Shown here in pieces: positions 44,239 through 54,111 of a DNA stretch of 64,000 nucleotides (positions are counted from its first letter, which is position 1; every line of letters starts with the position of its first letter). Both the position numbers and the translations under genes were made by a program. The notes below the pieces were generated by a model. The model did not search any database. It saw nothing but the letters and a program-made list of their open reading frames with translations, and was not told the origin of the DNA. Location of the stretch: positions 90,892 through 154,891 of the forward strand of contig JAYZBQ010000015.1 of NCBI GenBank assembly GCA_036338695.1, written 5' to 3'. The stretch is from Myxococcota bacterium (GTDB lineage: Bacteria; Myxococcota; UBA4151).

Positions 44239-46112
44239 GCCTCGTTCTCGCTCGCGTCGGTGAACTCAGCGTCAACGACGTTGTCGTCGTCGCCGGCTTC
44301 GGCTGCTGCGGGCTGTCCTTGGCTGTAGAGCTCTTCGGCCATCTTGCCCGCTACGTTCATCAGGCTGTTGACCGCGGCCTCTAGGGTCTCAGACTCCTCC
44401 ACATCGAGCACCGCTTTGGCGTTGTCGAGCTCGGTGCTGACAGCGTTTGCCGTGTCTTCGGCGAGCTTCTCACGGTTCTCTTCGAGGGTCTTACCCACCT
44501 GGTAGATCTGCGAATCCAGCTGGTTGCGCAGCTCGACGCGCTTGCGCAGCGCTTCATCCTCTTCTGCGTGCGCAGCCGCTTCGTTCACCATGCGCTCGAT
44601 GTCGTCGTCTTCAAGCGTCGACGAGTTGGTGATGGTGACGTTCTGCTCTTTGCCGGTCGCTTTGTCCTTTGCAGAGACGCTCAGGACGCCGTTGACGTCG
44701 ATGTCAAAAGTCACCTCGATCTGAGGCACGCCGCGCGGGGCGGGGGGGATGCCGTCGAGGTTGAAGCGAGCCAGGACGCGGTTGTCGCGTGCCATCTTGC
44801 GTTCGCCCTGGAGCACCACGACCTCGACCGACGGTTGCTGGTCGGCTGCCGTCGAGAAGACCTCGGACTTCTTGACCGGCACGGTGGTGTTGCGGCTGAT
44901 CAGGACGGTGCTCACGCCGCCAAGCGTCTCTAAGCCCAAGCTCAGAGGGGTCACGTCGAGCAGCACCATGTTCTTGACGTCACCCGACAAGATACCGGCC
45001 TGGACCGCTGCGCCCATGGCGACGACCTCGTCAGGGTTCACCGAGCGGTTTGGCTCCTTGTTGAAGAACTCTTTGACCTTCGCCTGAACGAGCGGGATGC
45101 GGGTCGAGCCGCCAACCAGGATGACTTGGTCGATCTCTGACGTGCTCAGGTTGGCGTCGCGCAGCGCCTTTTGGCAGGGCTCCATCGTCCGCTGGATCAG
45201 GTTCCCGATCAGCTGCTCGAACTGCGAGCGGCTCAGGTCGGTGTTCAGGTGCAGTGGCTCCGTACCCCGAGCGAAGAGGAACGGCAGGTTGATGTTGGTC
45301 TCAAAGGCGCTCGAGAGCTCGATCTTTGCCTTCTCAGCCGCCTCACGGAGGCGCTGCATCACCATCTTGTCTCCGCTGACGTCGACGCCGTGCTCGTCCT
45401 TGAACTGCTTGAGCAGCCAGGTGACGACGGCGTCGTCGACGTCATCACCCCCGAGCGCCGTGTCGCCGTTGGTGCTCACGACCTCGACCACGCCGTCGCC
45501 GACGTCGAGGATCGAGACGTCAAAGGTGCCACCGCCGAAGTCGTAGACCGCCACTTTGTGATCGTCTTCTTTGTCGATCCCGTAGGCGAGGGCGGCCGCC
45601 GTGGGCTCGTTGAGGATGCGGCGAATATTCAGCCCCGCGATCTTGCCCGCGTTCTGCGTCGCCTTACGCTGGGAGTCGTTGAAGTAGGCAGGGACCGTGA
45701 CTACGGCGTCGGTGACCTCTTCGCCAAGCGCCGCTTCGGCTGCGCTCTTGAGCTTTTGAAGGACCTTGGCGCTGATCTCCTCAGCTGCCCACTTCTTACC
45801 GGCAGCGTCAAAGCGGACGGTGTCGTTCTCGCCCGAGACCACGTTGTAGCTGACGTGATCCTTGATGGCTTGGACCTCTGCAAAGCGCTTGCCGATGAAG
45901 CGTTTGACGCTGCTGAAGGTGTTTTCAGGGTTGGTGACCGCCTGACGGCGGGCCACCTGGCCTACGAGCGTTTTGCCCTCTTTGTCGAACGCAACCACCG
46001 ACGGTGTGGTGCGGGAGCCTTCTTGGTTGACTAGCACTTCAGGTTCATTGCCCGAAAGGACTGAAACAACAGAGTTTGTTGTGCCTAGGTCGATGCCGAC
46101 GATTTTACCCAT
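44235..46112 (-). CDS. dnaK: Chaperone DnaK (Hsp70)
   Basis: Motifs [33 protein letters not shown] and VVDAEF. Confidence 0.99.
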   Translation of the reverse strand: MGKIVGIDLGTTNSVVSVLSGNEPEVLVNQEGSRTTPSVVAFDKEGKTLVGQVARRQAVTNPENTFSSVKRFIGKRFAEVQAIKDHVSYNVVSGENDTVRFDAAGKKWAAEEISAKVLQKLKSAAEAALGEEVTDAVVTVPAYFNDSQRKATQNAGKIAGLNIRRILNEPTAAALAYGIDKEDDHKVAVYDFGGGTFDVSILDVGDGVVEVVSTNGDTALGGDDVDDAVVTWLLKQFKDEHGVDVSGDKMVMQRLREAAEKAKIELSSAFETNINLPFLFARGTEPLHLNTDLSRSQFEQLIGNLIQRTMEPCQKALRDANLSTSEIDQVILVGGSTRIPLVQAKVKEFFNKEPNRSVNPDEVVAMGAAVQAGILSGDVKNMVLLDVTPLSLGLETLGGVSTVLISRNTTVPVKKSEVFSTAADQQPSVEVVVLQGERKMARDNRVLARFNLDGIPPAPRGVPQIEVTFDIDVNGVLSVSAKDKATGKEQNVTITNSSTLEDDDIERMVNEAAAHAEEDEALRKRVELRNQLDSQIYQVGKTLEENREKLAEDTANAVSTELDNAKAVLDVEESETLEAAVNSLMNVAGKMAEELYSQGQPAAAEAGDDDNVVDAEFTDASENEA

Positions 46113-46197
46113 GGGAAGTTCCTCTATTTTCTTCGCAGAGCGATATAAGTTATTGTTTACCTATGTTTTTAGCCCGGTTGAGTGGGCATTCGAAGGC

Positions 46198-46225
46198 AAA
46201 GTAAACAGGGAAAACCCGTTGTCAA
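46198..46225 (-). promoter_or_regulatory. Putative sigma70-type promoter of dnaK
   Basis: Minus strand TTGACA-16 bp-TACTTT, within an AT-rich divergent intergenic region. Confidence 0.5.
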
Positions 46226-46286
46226 GTACCGCTCAAAAGCCCAAAGACCACTCGGCGCACTGGCGCTGGATCGCAGGAGGGACGCC

Positions 46287-46976
46287 GTGGAGGGCGCATT
46301 TGAGGCCTTGAGGAACAGCGCAACGCTGGGCGGTTTGTCGCCTGACGCGTTGCGCGCCCTCGCCGATAAGATGCGGCGCCTGAGCGTCGCGCGTAACAGC
46401 GTGGTCTTCTCGCACCAGGATCAGGGCGACGCCATGTACCTCGTGGTCGAGGGGCGCGTGCGCGTGCACCTGAATGACGAAGAGGGGCGAGAGCTCATCC
46501 TCGCGGATCTCGGTCCATCGACTCTGTTTGGCGAGATGTCGCTGCTCGATGATTGTCCTCGGTCGGCGACCGTCACCGCCTCGGAGGCCTGTTTGCTCGC
46601 CACGCTGAGCCGGCAGAGCATGATGGAGGTCATCCAGGGCCATCCTGAGGTGGCGATGGCTTTGCTGCAGATGTTGTCGCGGCGCCTTCGTGAAGCGGAT
46701 CAGATCATCTTTGATCTCGCCTTACGAGATGTGGTCGAGCGGCTGGCGCGCCTCCTCCTGTCGTCGGCTAAGCCGCATGATCAGGAGCCTGAGTGGTTGA
46801 TCGTCGAGGGTCTGCCCTCGCAAAGTGAGCTGGCGGCGCGTATCGGGGCGAGCCGCGAGACCATCTCGAGAACATTTGCACAGTTTAGACGTATTGGTCT
46901 GTTGAAGACCGAGCAGCGCACCACGGTCCTTACGGGTGCGTTCATCGATCGCTTTGATCATTTGATGGGAGGGTGA
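46287..46976 (+). CDS. Crp/Fnr family transcriptional regulator
   Basis: AGGAGG RBS and GTG start. cNMP pocket FGEMSLL..PRSA and HTH SQSELAARIGASRETISR. Confidence 0.93.
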   Translation: MEGAFEALRNSATLGGLSPDALRALADKMRRLSVARNSVVFSHQDQGDAMYLVVEGRVRVHLNDEEGRELILADLGPSTLFGEMSLLDDCPRSATVTASEACLLATLSRQSMMEVIQGHPEVAMALLQMLSRRLREADQIIFDLALRDVVERLARLLLSSAKPHDQEPEWLIVEGLPSQSELAARIGASRETISRTFAQFRRIGLLKTEQRTTVLTGAFIDRFDHLMGG

Positions 46977-48031
46977 CCGTGTCGGATTTTGATGACAACG
47001 GGTTTCCGCGCATTATCAAGAACACCTCGGGCAACAGCGGCGGACCGTCGAGTGGCGGACCCAAAGTCCCTGAGGGCTTTCCGGAGTTCGACCCAGAGCA
47101 GACCGGGCGATTGCTGGTAATCGGCTTCCTGGTTGCGGTGCTTGGGTGGGGGCTGTGGAGCAGCTACTTTCAGGTCAGCACCGACGAAGAAGCCGTCGTC
47201 CTTCGCTTCGGCCAATATCTCCGGACGGCAGGTCCTGGACCGCATCTCAAGATCCCCTTCGGCGTGGACCGAGTCTATCGCGTGCCGACCAAGCGACAGA
47301 TGAAGATGGAGTTCGGCTTTCGAACCGCTAAGGCGCAGCAGCGCTCGTCGTACAGCCGCGGCAACAACGCCAAGGGCGAGTCGATCATGCTGACGGGAGA
47401 CCTCAACGTCGTCGACGTCGAGTGGGTGGTTCAGTACCAAATCCGTGACCCCAAGGCTTATCTCTTTCACGCTCGTGAGATCGATCTCGTGATTCGTGAT
47501 TTGAGCGAGGCGGTGCTGCGACTGATCGTCGGTGATGTGGGCGTAAACTATGTCTTGACAGGGGGGCGCGAGGTGATCGTTCAGCAGGTCAAGGACGTGC
47601 TGAGTGAGGCGGTCTCTTTGTATGATCTCGGGATCGCCATCGATCAGGTGATCATCCAGGATGTGAACCCACCCGAGGCGGTCAAGCAAAGCTTCAACGA
47701 GGTTAACGAGGCGCAGCAGGAGCGCGAAGAGGCGATCAACATGGCGAAGAAAGCGTACAACGACGCAGTGCCCAAGGCGCGCGGCTCGGCAGAACAGCTT
47801 GTGAGCCAGGCTGAAGGTTACGCCACGGAGCGGGTCAACCGTGCCAAGGGTGACGTCGCCAACTTCGTCGCCATGCAGCAGGCTTATGCCAAGAGCCGCT
47901 CGGTGACGCGCGCTCGTCTCCACTTAGAGACCTTGCAGGAGGTGCTCCCGCGCATCTCGAAGAAGTGGATCATCTCCGGCGCCAAGGCGGGCGTCCTAAA
48001 ACATATGGATCTTGGAAAGGGGCTCAAATGA
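46973..48031 (+). CDS. hflK: FtsH modulator HflK
   Basis: One TM segment, SPFH domain (VVLRFG, MLTGDLN) and AEGYA..RVNRA.G. Confidence 0.93.
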   Translation: MTVSDFDDNGFPRIIKNTSGNSGGPSSGGPKVPEGFPEFDPEQTGRLLVIGFLVAVLGWGLWSSYFQVSTDEEAVVLRFGQYLRTAGPGPHLKIPFGVDRVYRVPTKRQMKMEFGFRTAKAQQRSSYSRGNNAKGESIMLTGDLNVVDVEWVVQYQIRDPKAYLFHAREIDLVIRDLSEAVLRLIVGDVGVNYVLTGGREVIVQQVKDVLSEAVSLYDLGIAIDQVIIQDVNPPEAVKQSFNEVNEAQQEREEAINMAKKAYNDAVPKARGSAEQLVSQAEGYATERVNRAKGDVANFVAMQQAYAKSRSVTRARLHLETLQEVLPRISKKWIISGAKAGVLKHMDLGKGLK

Positions 48032-48966
48032 AGCCCGGCGTTCTCCTTGCGATTGTCTCGGCGGCGTTCGTGCTCGCTCGCCCCGCTTTTTATTCGGTCT
48101 CCGAGGCGGATCAGGTCGTGATCACGCGCTTTGGTAAGCCAGTCGGTAAGCCGATTACGACGCCGGGGTTGCAGTTCAAGATCCCGTTTGTTGATCAGGT
48201 TAACCGCTTTGATAAGCGCTTCCTGGCCTGGGATGGTGACGCCAACCAGATGGTGACAGCCGATAAGAAATACATCTGGGTCGACACCTTCGCTCGCTGG
48301 CGGATCACCGACCCGCTGCGGTTCTTTGAGAAGGTGCGTAACGAGACGGGCGCCCAGACGCGCCTCGATGACCTGATCGACGGCGCGACGCGCACGGCGG
48401 TTGCGAGCAGCAAGCTCATCGAGATGGTGCGGTCGACGAACGATCCATTGGATCGCGGAATGAAGATCGAAGACAGCGAGCTGTTGGGAGAGAACACAGC
48501 CCTTGAGAAGGTCGAGCGCGGGCGCGCCAAGGTTCAGGAGCGCATCCTCGAGCTGGCGGTCAAGCCCGTTGCAGACCTTGGGATTGAGCTCCTCGACGTA
48601 CGGATTAAGCGGATCAACTACGTGCAGTCGGTCCAGCGGAAAGTCTTTGATCGTATGGTCTCAGAGCGTCAGCGCATCGCCGCTCAGTATCGCTCGGAGG
48701 GGCAAGGTGAGGCGGCGCGCATTCGTGGGCAGATGCAGAAGGAGCTCAAGGAGATCCAGTCGGAGGCTTACAAGCGAGCCGAAGAGATCAAGGGGAACGC
48801 GGATGCTGAGGCGACCCTGATCTACGCCAAAGCCTTCGAGAAGGATCCGGAGTTCTATCGGTTTATCAAAACGCTCGAGACGTACCGCAAGAGCTTTGAT
48901 GGTCAAACCACGCTGGTGCTCGACGCCAACGACGACTTCACGAAGTACCTCGGGAGCTCTCGTTAG
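48028..48966 (+). CDS. hflC: FtsH modulator HflC
   Basis: Motifs PGLQFKIPF, WRITDPL.F, RM.SER.RIA..YRSEG and DPEFYRF. Confidence 0.95.
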   Translation: MKPGVLLAIVSAAFVLARPAFYSVSEADQVVITRFGKPVGKPITTPGLQFKIPFVDQVNRFDKRFLAWDGDANQMVTADKKYIWVDTFARWRITDPLRFFEKVRNETGAQTRLDDLIDGATRTAVASSKLIEMVRSTNDPLDRGMKIEDSELLGENTALEKVERGRAKVQERILELAVKPVADLGIELLDVRIKRINYVQSVQRKVFDRMVSERQRIAAQYRSEGQGEAARIRGQMQKELKEIQSEAYKRAEEIKGNADAEATLIYAKAFEKDPEFYRFIKTLETYRKSFDGQTTLVLDANDDFTKYLGSSR

Positions 48967-49168
48967 GCTGCGTGCAGTCTAAGCGTTTGCCTCTTCGCCG
49001 CAAAGTGGACCCGAGCGAGGCGTTCGGTTTGAGTCGCTTCTGACCGGTCCGCGGCGGGTCGACCGCGCCACACCCGGCCTGTCGGTTCGCACACACCGAC
49101 TCGTCAGCCACCGAAGAGGGCGCGCTGAGCTTTCCGAGCCGATGTCTGTCGAACCTTGAGACTTGCTG

Positions 49169-50620
49169 TTACTCGGCTGGGACGAACATATCCATCAGCA
49201 GCCCGACACCAAAGCCGGTGCCTCGGTCCTTGTGACCGACCGGCCCTGCGATGTCCACGTGGATCCAGGGACCGTCATAGTCAACGAGGTGGTTGCTGAG
49301 GAACCAACCTGCGGAGGCTGATGAGGCGTTCATTCGGTCGCTGGTCGTGTTACGCAGATCAGCGATTGGGCTCTTGTAGTCGGCCTTGTAGAACTCGGGT
49401 GCGTAGGGGAGCGGGTGGGTGAGGTCACCGCTGCTGCGCCCCGCCTTCATCGCCAAAGCCTCGAGCTCATCATCGTTGCAGTAAAGCGCAGCGTGCCGAC
49501 GTCCGGTGGCGACCAGCTGAGCGCCGGTGAGCGTCGCCATGTCGAGGACGACGTCCGGGTTCAGGTGCCGGGTCGCGTGCGCCAGACCGTCCGCCATCAC
49601 CAAGCGCCCCTCGGCGTCGGTGTTGTTCACTTCGACGGTTTTACCCGAGTAGCTCTGGTGGATGTCGTCAGGACGCCCTGCGCGCTCGTCGACAGCGTTT
49701 TCAGCCAGGCAGAGGAGGGCGTAGATCCGGTCCTTAGCGCCAGACAGCGCGGCAGCTCGAAACGCCGCAAGGATGCCGGCAGCGCCGCCCATATCGTTCT
49801 TCATGCCGACCATGCTGCCGCCCACCTTGAGGCTGAGACCGCCCGTGTCGTAGACCATCCCTTTACCGATCCAGGCGATCGTGCGTTCGGCGCCCTCCGG
49901 CTCGTGCTTGAGGATCGCCAGCGCGGGCTTGCCCTCGGCTGCCTTGCCCACGGTCCACAAGCCACCATAACCCTGGCGCAACAGGTCCTCGCCCTGGATG
50001 AGGTCCAGCCCCGACCCGGTCTCGGCGGCGACGGCACGAGCTGCCTCCACGAAAGAGTCGGTGTTGAAGTCGCCACAGGGTGCGTCGACCCAGTGCGCAG
50101 CCATGCGCACCGAGTTCGCTGACTCGATCATGCGGCGCGTGGGGGTCACCACGTCACCGTCGGCGCTCATCATGATGTGGACCCGCCGCTCGGCCTCCGC
50201 CTCATCGTCTTGTGACTTCCGGCTAAAGGTCGAGAAGGCTCGCGCCACCGCAAGGCCGCTGGCGAAGGCGTGCTGAGCGTCACTCAAAAGGACGTGGATG
50301 CCGAGCGAACCCTTACCGGATACGACGGACAGCAGGGTCTGGTGCATGGCGTGGGTGCGCGCTGGGCTGGCATGCCTCGCTACCTTCTCAGGTAACGCGA
50401 CCAGCGCCACCTCGGCTGGGTACTCGACACCCGTAAAGGTGCTTCGGCTGGCGCCCATATCGCCGCCTTTGAGGTCTTTGAGGCAACCCTCCCAGATGGC
50501 TTCGCTGACGCTCTCGGGGCGCGCCGAGCGCAGGGCGTCGATGCGACCCACGAGGACGAGCTTGCTCGCCTTGTTGAGGTCACCTGACTGGGCGGTAAAA
50601 TGGAGATTAACTTGGGTCAC
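49169..50620 (-). CDS. M17 leucyl aminopeptidase, NPEPL1-like
   Basis: Motifs GKGMVYDTGG, MKNDMGG, NTDAEGRL and DMATLTGA. GTG start at 50620 follows AAAGG; TTG at 50629 is an alternative. Confidence 0.9.
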   Translation of the reverse strand: MTQVNLHFTAQSGDLNKASKLVLVGRIDALRSARPESVSEAIWEGCLKDLKGGDMGASRSTFTGVEYPAEVALVALPEKVARHASPARTHAMHQTLLSVVSGKGSLGIHVLLSDAQHAFASGLAVARAFSTFSRKSQDDEAEAERRVHIMMSADGDVVTPTRRMIESANSVRMAAHWVDAPCGDFNTDSFVEAARAVAAETGSGLDLIQGEDLLRQGYGGLWTVGKAAEGKPALAILKHEPEGAERTIAWIGKGMVYDTGGLSLKVGGSMVGMKNDMGGAAGILAAFRAAALSGAKDRIYALLCLAENAVDERAGRPDDIHQSYSGKTVEVNNTDAEGRLVMADGLAHATRHLNPDVVLDMATLTGAQLVATGRRHAALYCNDDELEALAMKAGRSSGDLTHPLPYAPEFYKADYKSPIADLRNTTSDRMNASSASAGWFLSNHLVDYDGPWIHVDIAGPVGHKDRGTGFGVGLLMDMFVPAE

Positions 50621-50709
50621 GAGGATCAACCTTTCTGGTCGCCGCTCGGCGAGCCGACCGCGACGTGCCCGTGTTCCTTGCCCACAGGTGCGCGGAAGAT
50701 CAAGAATGC

Positions 50710-51639
50710 TCAGTCGAGTTTCTCGACGCCTGCAAGATCTCTCGCCTTGTTACGCAGCCCCTTCGCCGCCGATTCGCTCAGCGAGTAACCGAGCTGACCC
50801 ACGAGCAGGAACCACTTTTTATCAGCCGACTGACCGAGCTTGGCAGCGGTCGCGCCCGCGGCGAAGCCGACCGTTACCTCGAGCGTCGGCGTGACCTGCA
50901 CATCGGTCGCTAGGTCGTCGATGTACAGCCCGGACAGCTGGTTGAGCAGCGCGCTGACCTTGTCATCATCGGCGTCTTGGTTCGTCGAAGTCGTCCAGGT
51001 CTGAGGCCCCGCGTCCACGAGCCCTGCTGGTCGATTGTACACGCCCTGAACCTCTCCAGAGAGCGTAAGCGTTGCTGCCGACTTTGTGTCGAACTGAGCG
51101 GGTTGGCGGTTCAGCCAATCTTTGACTTTGAGCTCGCCATCGACCAGCCGGCCCACGGCGCCTTCTTGGACCAACAACACCTCGGCTTTGCCCTCGCGCT
51201 GGGTCCACGCGCTGCCCCAGTCCGGCCCCTTCTTCCCGAGCGACACCGACGCCAGGCTTGTACCCGCCCCATCAGCGATCGTGAGCACGGTGCGTGGGTC
51301 GCCTTCGCCCAAGCCGTAAGGCGCCAGCTGATCCATGTTGACCCGGCGCTTCTCCGCCTGAAGTGATTTCAAGTCCTCGAGCAAGCCGTCGACCTTCTGC
51401 GCGTTGGCGGGGTGCCCCGACGGGAGGACCCAAGCGTTCTCTTTCTTCTCCAGCGTCAACGCCGCTTTGTCTGCGACGGTGATCGTCAGCTTGCCTGCTT
51501 GCTCGGCGCTCACCTCGGCAAGCGTCACCATGGTGTCGCCGAGCTGGTTGACGGCGACGTCACGGTTTGAGGACAGGCTGAGGTAGAGGGCGAGTACGAC
51601 GACGGTCGCCCCGAGCGCGAGGATGTGTTGGTTCTTCAT
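50710..51639 (-). CDS. DUF4340-like membrane-anchored protein
   Basis: N-terminal TM anchor and repeated W...A...KV..LL..L..L motif with YGL. Last gene of a Gld-like ABC cluster. Confidence 0.7.
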   Translation of the reverse strand: MKNQHILALGATVVVLALYLSLSSNRDVAVNQLGDTMVTLAEVSAEQAGKLTITVADKAALTLEKKENAWVLPSGHPANAQKVDGLLEDLKSLQAEKRRVNMDQLAPYGLGEGDPRTVLTIADGAGTSLASVSLGKKGPDWGSAWTQREGKAEVLLVQEGAVGRLVDGELKVKDWLNRQPAQFDTKSAATLTLSGEVQGVYNRPAGLVDAGPQTWTTSTNQDADDDKVSALLNQLSGLYIDDLATDVQVTPTLEVTVGFAAGATAAKLGQSADKKWFLLVGQLGYSLSESAAKGLRNKARDLAGVEKLD

Positions 51640-51642
51640 GGC

Positions 51643-54111
51643 TTAGCCCTCCTTTTTGACCTGAGCGAGCCACTCTTCGCGGCGCCGGCGACGGTTCATC
51701 AGGCTAAAGAGCCCGATGCCGATCACCACACCCGGGCCGCCGCCGATCACGAGCACTCGATAAAAGGCCTTGCTGCCCTCGAGCTTGGCGATGGAGCGAT
51801 CCACCGGTTGCTTGGTGCGGATCGTGATCAGCTCCTCGCCCTGTGTCATCGCATCGACTGAGTTCAGCAGAAGCGTCATGTGGCTCGGGTTGGTGACCAA
51901 CGAGTCCTTGAAGATCTCGGCGTTGCCAAAGAGCACCATCCGGTTGCGTTCGCCGACCTGGCTCGCCTCCTGCTTCGCCCAATCGGCGTCGCTGACGCCG
52001 TCGGGTTTGGCGGCTTGTTCGGCGGGTAGGTTGAATTCCACCATGGCGGCGAGCAGCGAGCGCTCGCCCGCTTGCGGCTCGATGTCCGCTCGTGCCAGCG
52101 GCCCGTTTTTGATCTCGGCGACCCAGGACTTATCGCTCGAGGCGAAGAGCTCGGTCACCTGCGTGGACGCCGCGTCGGCCTTCGCCTTGTCGACGGTGAT
52201 CGGCGACCCCCACAGGTAGATCAGGTTGCCCAGGCCGGAGGTGATCGAGAGCTCTTGGTTGAACTGCTCGGCGGTGACCAGCACATGCGTGGGCAGTTTG
52301 ACCGGGGAGCGGACCGCAAAGGGCCCCATGGACTGCCCTGCGTTCATATTGAGCGTCTCCATCTGCTCGTCCATCACGAGCTGGTTGGCGACGTTGACCC
52401 CGATCGGACCGAGCAGCGCGTCGAGCCCTGGATCGACCGGTTGGTTGTTGACGCTGATACCATAGTTCGTCGGTCGGTAGCCAAAGCCGTTACGCTGAAC
52501 GGCGAGCACGACGGGCTTTCCGGAGCGCATGAACTGCTGCACCTCGGCGAGCCGCTTGGCCTCGAGCGGCGCCGGAGCAAACAGCAACACGACGTCGGCG
52601 TCCTGAGGCAGCGCCTTCTTCTCGTCAAAGGCGTTGGAGCGGATGCGGTGCACCTCGTAGTCACCCATCTGGCGCAGCACCTCTTCGGCTTTCTTAAAGT
52701 CGTTCTGTTCCTCGGCGCGGAACGGCTGACCAAGCTGGGCGTAGAGTTTTGCCATCTCGCGGTTCTGTTCGCTCTGCTGGATCGGCGCAAGCAGCACGAC
52801 CTTGGTCTTGCGCTCACGCGTCAACCGCTGAACTCGGCTGAGCAGCTCGTACTCGAGCTTAGGCAGCGCCTGCGGCATGATCGGCGAGAGCGTCTCAGGG
52901 CGCTTATCCTTGTAGGTGATCTGAAGGGTCGAGTAGATTAGCTTGATCGAGTTTTCGTCGGCGCCGAAGCTCTGGACCTGGACTGGTTGGATGCCCTTCT
53001 TGTGGAGCTTCTCGAGCGTTTTCTTCGCCTCTTCGTCCTGGTTCTCGGGCGCCTCGAGCAGCCCTTGCTCGACCGGATCGAGGTGGACGACGTCAAAGGT
53101 CAGCTGGCCGCCAGAGACCGCTGCGAACTCTCCGACCTTGTCCGTGATGTCCCGCTCAAGGGTCTGCAGCTGGTTCGGCATCTTCGCCGAGGGGCTGATG
53201 TAGAGCTTGAGGTCGATGGGGGAGTCGAGGTTGCTGAGGATGCGCCCGGTCGCCGGGCTCACGGTGAACAAACCCTCCTCGGTGAGATCGATTCGACCCA
53301 GCGAGCGACCGCCGATTACGACATTGATCAAGACCACCGCGACAAGCGCCAGCACGCCACCGGTCGCCAGGCTGCGACGCTCTGCCGGGCGGGTGACGCC
53401 GCTGATCGTCAGGACGTCGAGCAGCAAGAAGCCACCCGTCATAAAGAGGAAGTAGAGCAGCGAGCGGAAGTCGATGACCCCGCGCGTGAACTGTTCGAAA
53501 TGCTTGGTGACGGCGACGTGGTCGCGAAGCGTTGACCCGACCCCAGGGAGCCAGTTGTCAAACTGCACGGAGATGAAGTCGTAACCGAGCAGCGTAAACG
53601 CGACCGCGATGATCAGACCGACGATGAACGCAACGATCTGGTCGCGGCTGATACCCGAGGCGAACAAGCCCGCCGACAGGAAGAACCCGCCGAGTAGGAC
53701 CGTCCCGACGTAGCCCGAGAGCACCGGCCCGAGGTCCGGGTTGCCAACACCTGCGAGAAAGGCTGGGACGGTTAGGGTCGCAGCGACCGCGACCGCAAAG
53801 AACGCCAGCCCGGCGAGGAACTTGGCGACGACGAGCTGAGTGACGGTCACCGGCAGTGTACGCAGCAGCTCAAAGGTCCCTTGGCGGCGATCCTCTGCCC
53901 ACAAGCGCATGCTGACGGCTGGCATAAAGATCGCCAGAATCCACGGCATAAACGCAAAGAATTCACGCATCTCTGCGCGCTTCATGAAGAAGAAGGTCGA
54001 CATGAACAAGCCGGTGTTCAGTACGGCGAACACCAGCACGTAGACGTAGGCGATGGGCGCGGTGAAGTAGGCGTTTAGCTCGCGCCGGAAGAGGGCTGTA
54101 AATGCATTCAT
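51643..54111 (-). CDS. GldF-like ABC-2 permease fused to a GldG-like auxiliary domain
   Basis: RREL.AYF..PIAY, MRLWAEDRRQGT.ELL.TLP and RIDLTE..LFTVS..T..IL, followed by a large soluble domain and a C-terminal TM. Confidence 0.85.
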   Translation of the reverse strand: MNAFTALFRRELNAYFTAPIAYVYVLVFAVLNTGLFMSTFFFMKRAEMREFFAFMPWILAIFMPAVSMRLWAEDRRQGTFELLRTLPVTVTQLVVAKFLAGLAFFAVAVAATLTVPAFLAGVGNPDLGPVLSGYVGTVLLGGFFLSAGLFASGISRDQIVAFIVGLIIAVAFTLLGYDFISVQFDNWLPGVGSTLRDHVAVTKHFEQFTRGVIDFRSLLYFLFMTGGFLLLDVLTISGVTRPAERRSLATGGVLALVAVVLINVVIGGRSLGRIDLTEEGLFTVSPATGRILSNLDSPIDLKLYISPSAKMPNQLQTLERDITDKVGEFAAVSGGQLTFDVVHLDPVEQGLLEAPENQDEEAKKTLEKLHKKGIQPVQVQSFGADENSIKLIYSTLQITYKDKRPETLSPIMPQALPKLEYELLSRVQRLTRERKTKVVLLAPIQQSEQNREMAKLYAQLGQPFRAEEQNDFKKAEEVLRQMGDYEVHRIRSNAFDEKKALPQDADVVLLFAPAPLEAKRLAEVQQFMRSGKPVVLAVQRNGFGYRPTNYGISVNNQPVDPGLDALLGPIGVNVANQLVMDEQMETLNMNAGQSMGPFAVRSPVKLPTHVLVTAEQFNQELSITSGLGNLIYLWGSPITVDKAKADAASTQVTELFASSDKSWVAEIKNGPLARADIEPQAGERSLLAAMVEFNLPAEQAAKPDGVSDADWAKQEASQVGERNRMVLFGNAEIFKDSLVTNPSHMTLLLNSVDAMTQGEELITIRTKQPVDRSIAKLEGSKAFYRVLVIGGGPGVVIGIGLFSLMNRRRRREEWLAQVKKEG

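Noticed and set aside
45171..46034. 287-aa plus-strand ORF antisense to dnaK
   Set aside because: This is the well-known shadow frame opposite hsp70 genes, often mis-annotated as NAD-specific glutamate dehydrogenase. It has no independent support.
46113..46286. CIRCE operator upstream of dnaK
   Set aside because: No TTAGCACTC-N9-GAGTGCTAA match is visible on either strand.
49075..49110. Hammerhead-like CUGACGA followed by a hairpin on the minus strand
   Set aside because: The required GAAA after stem II is absent (the sequence reads AGGC), so the catalytic core is incomplete.
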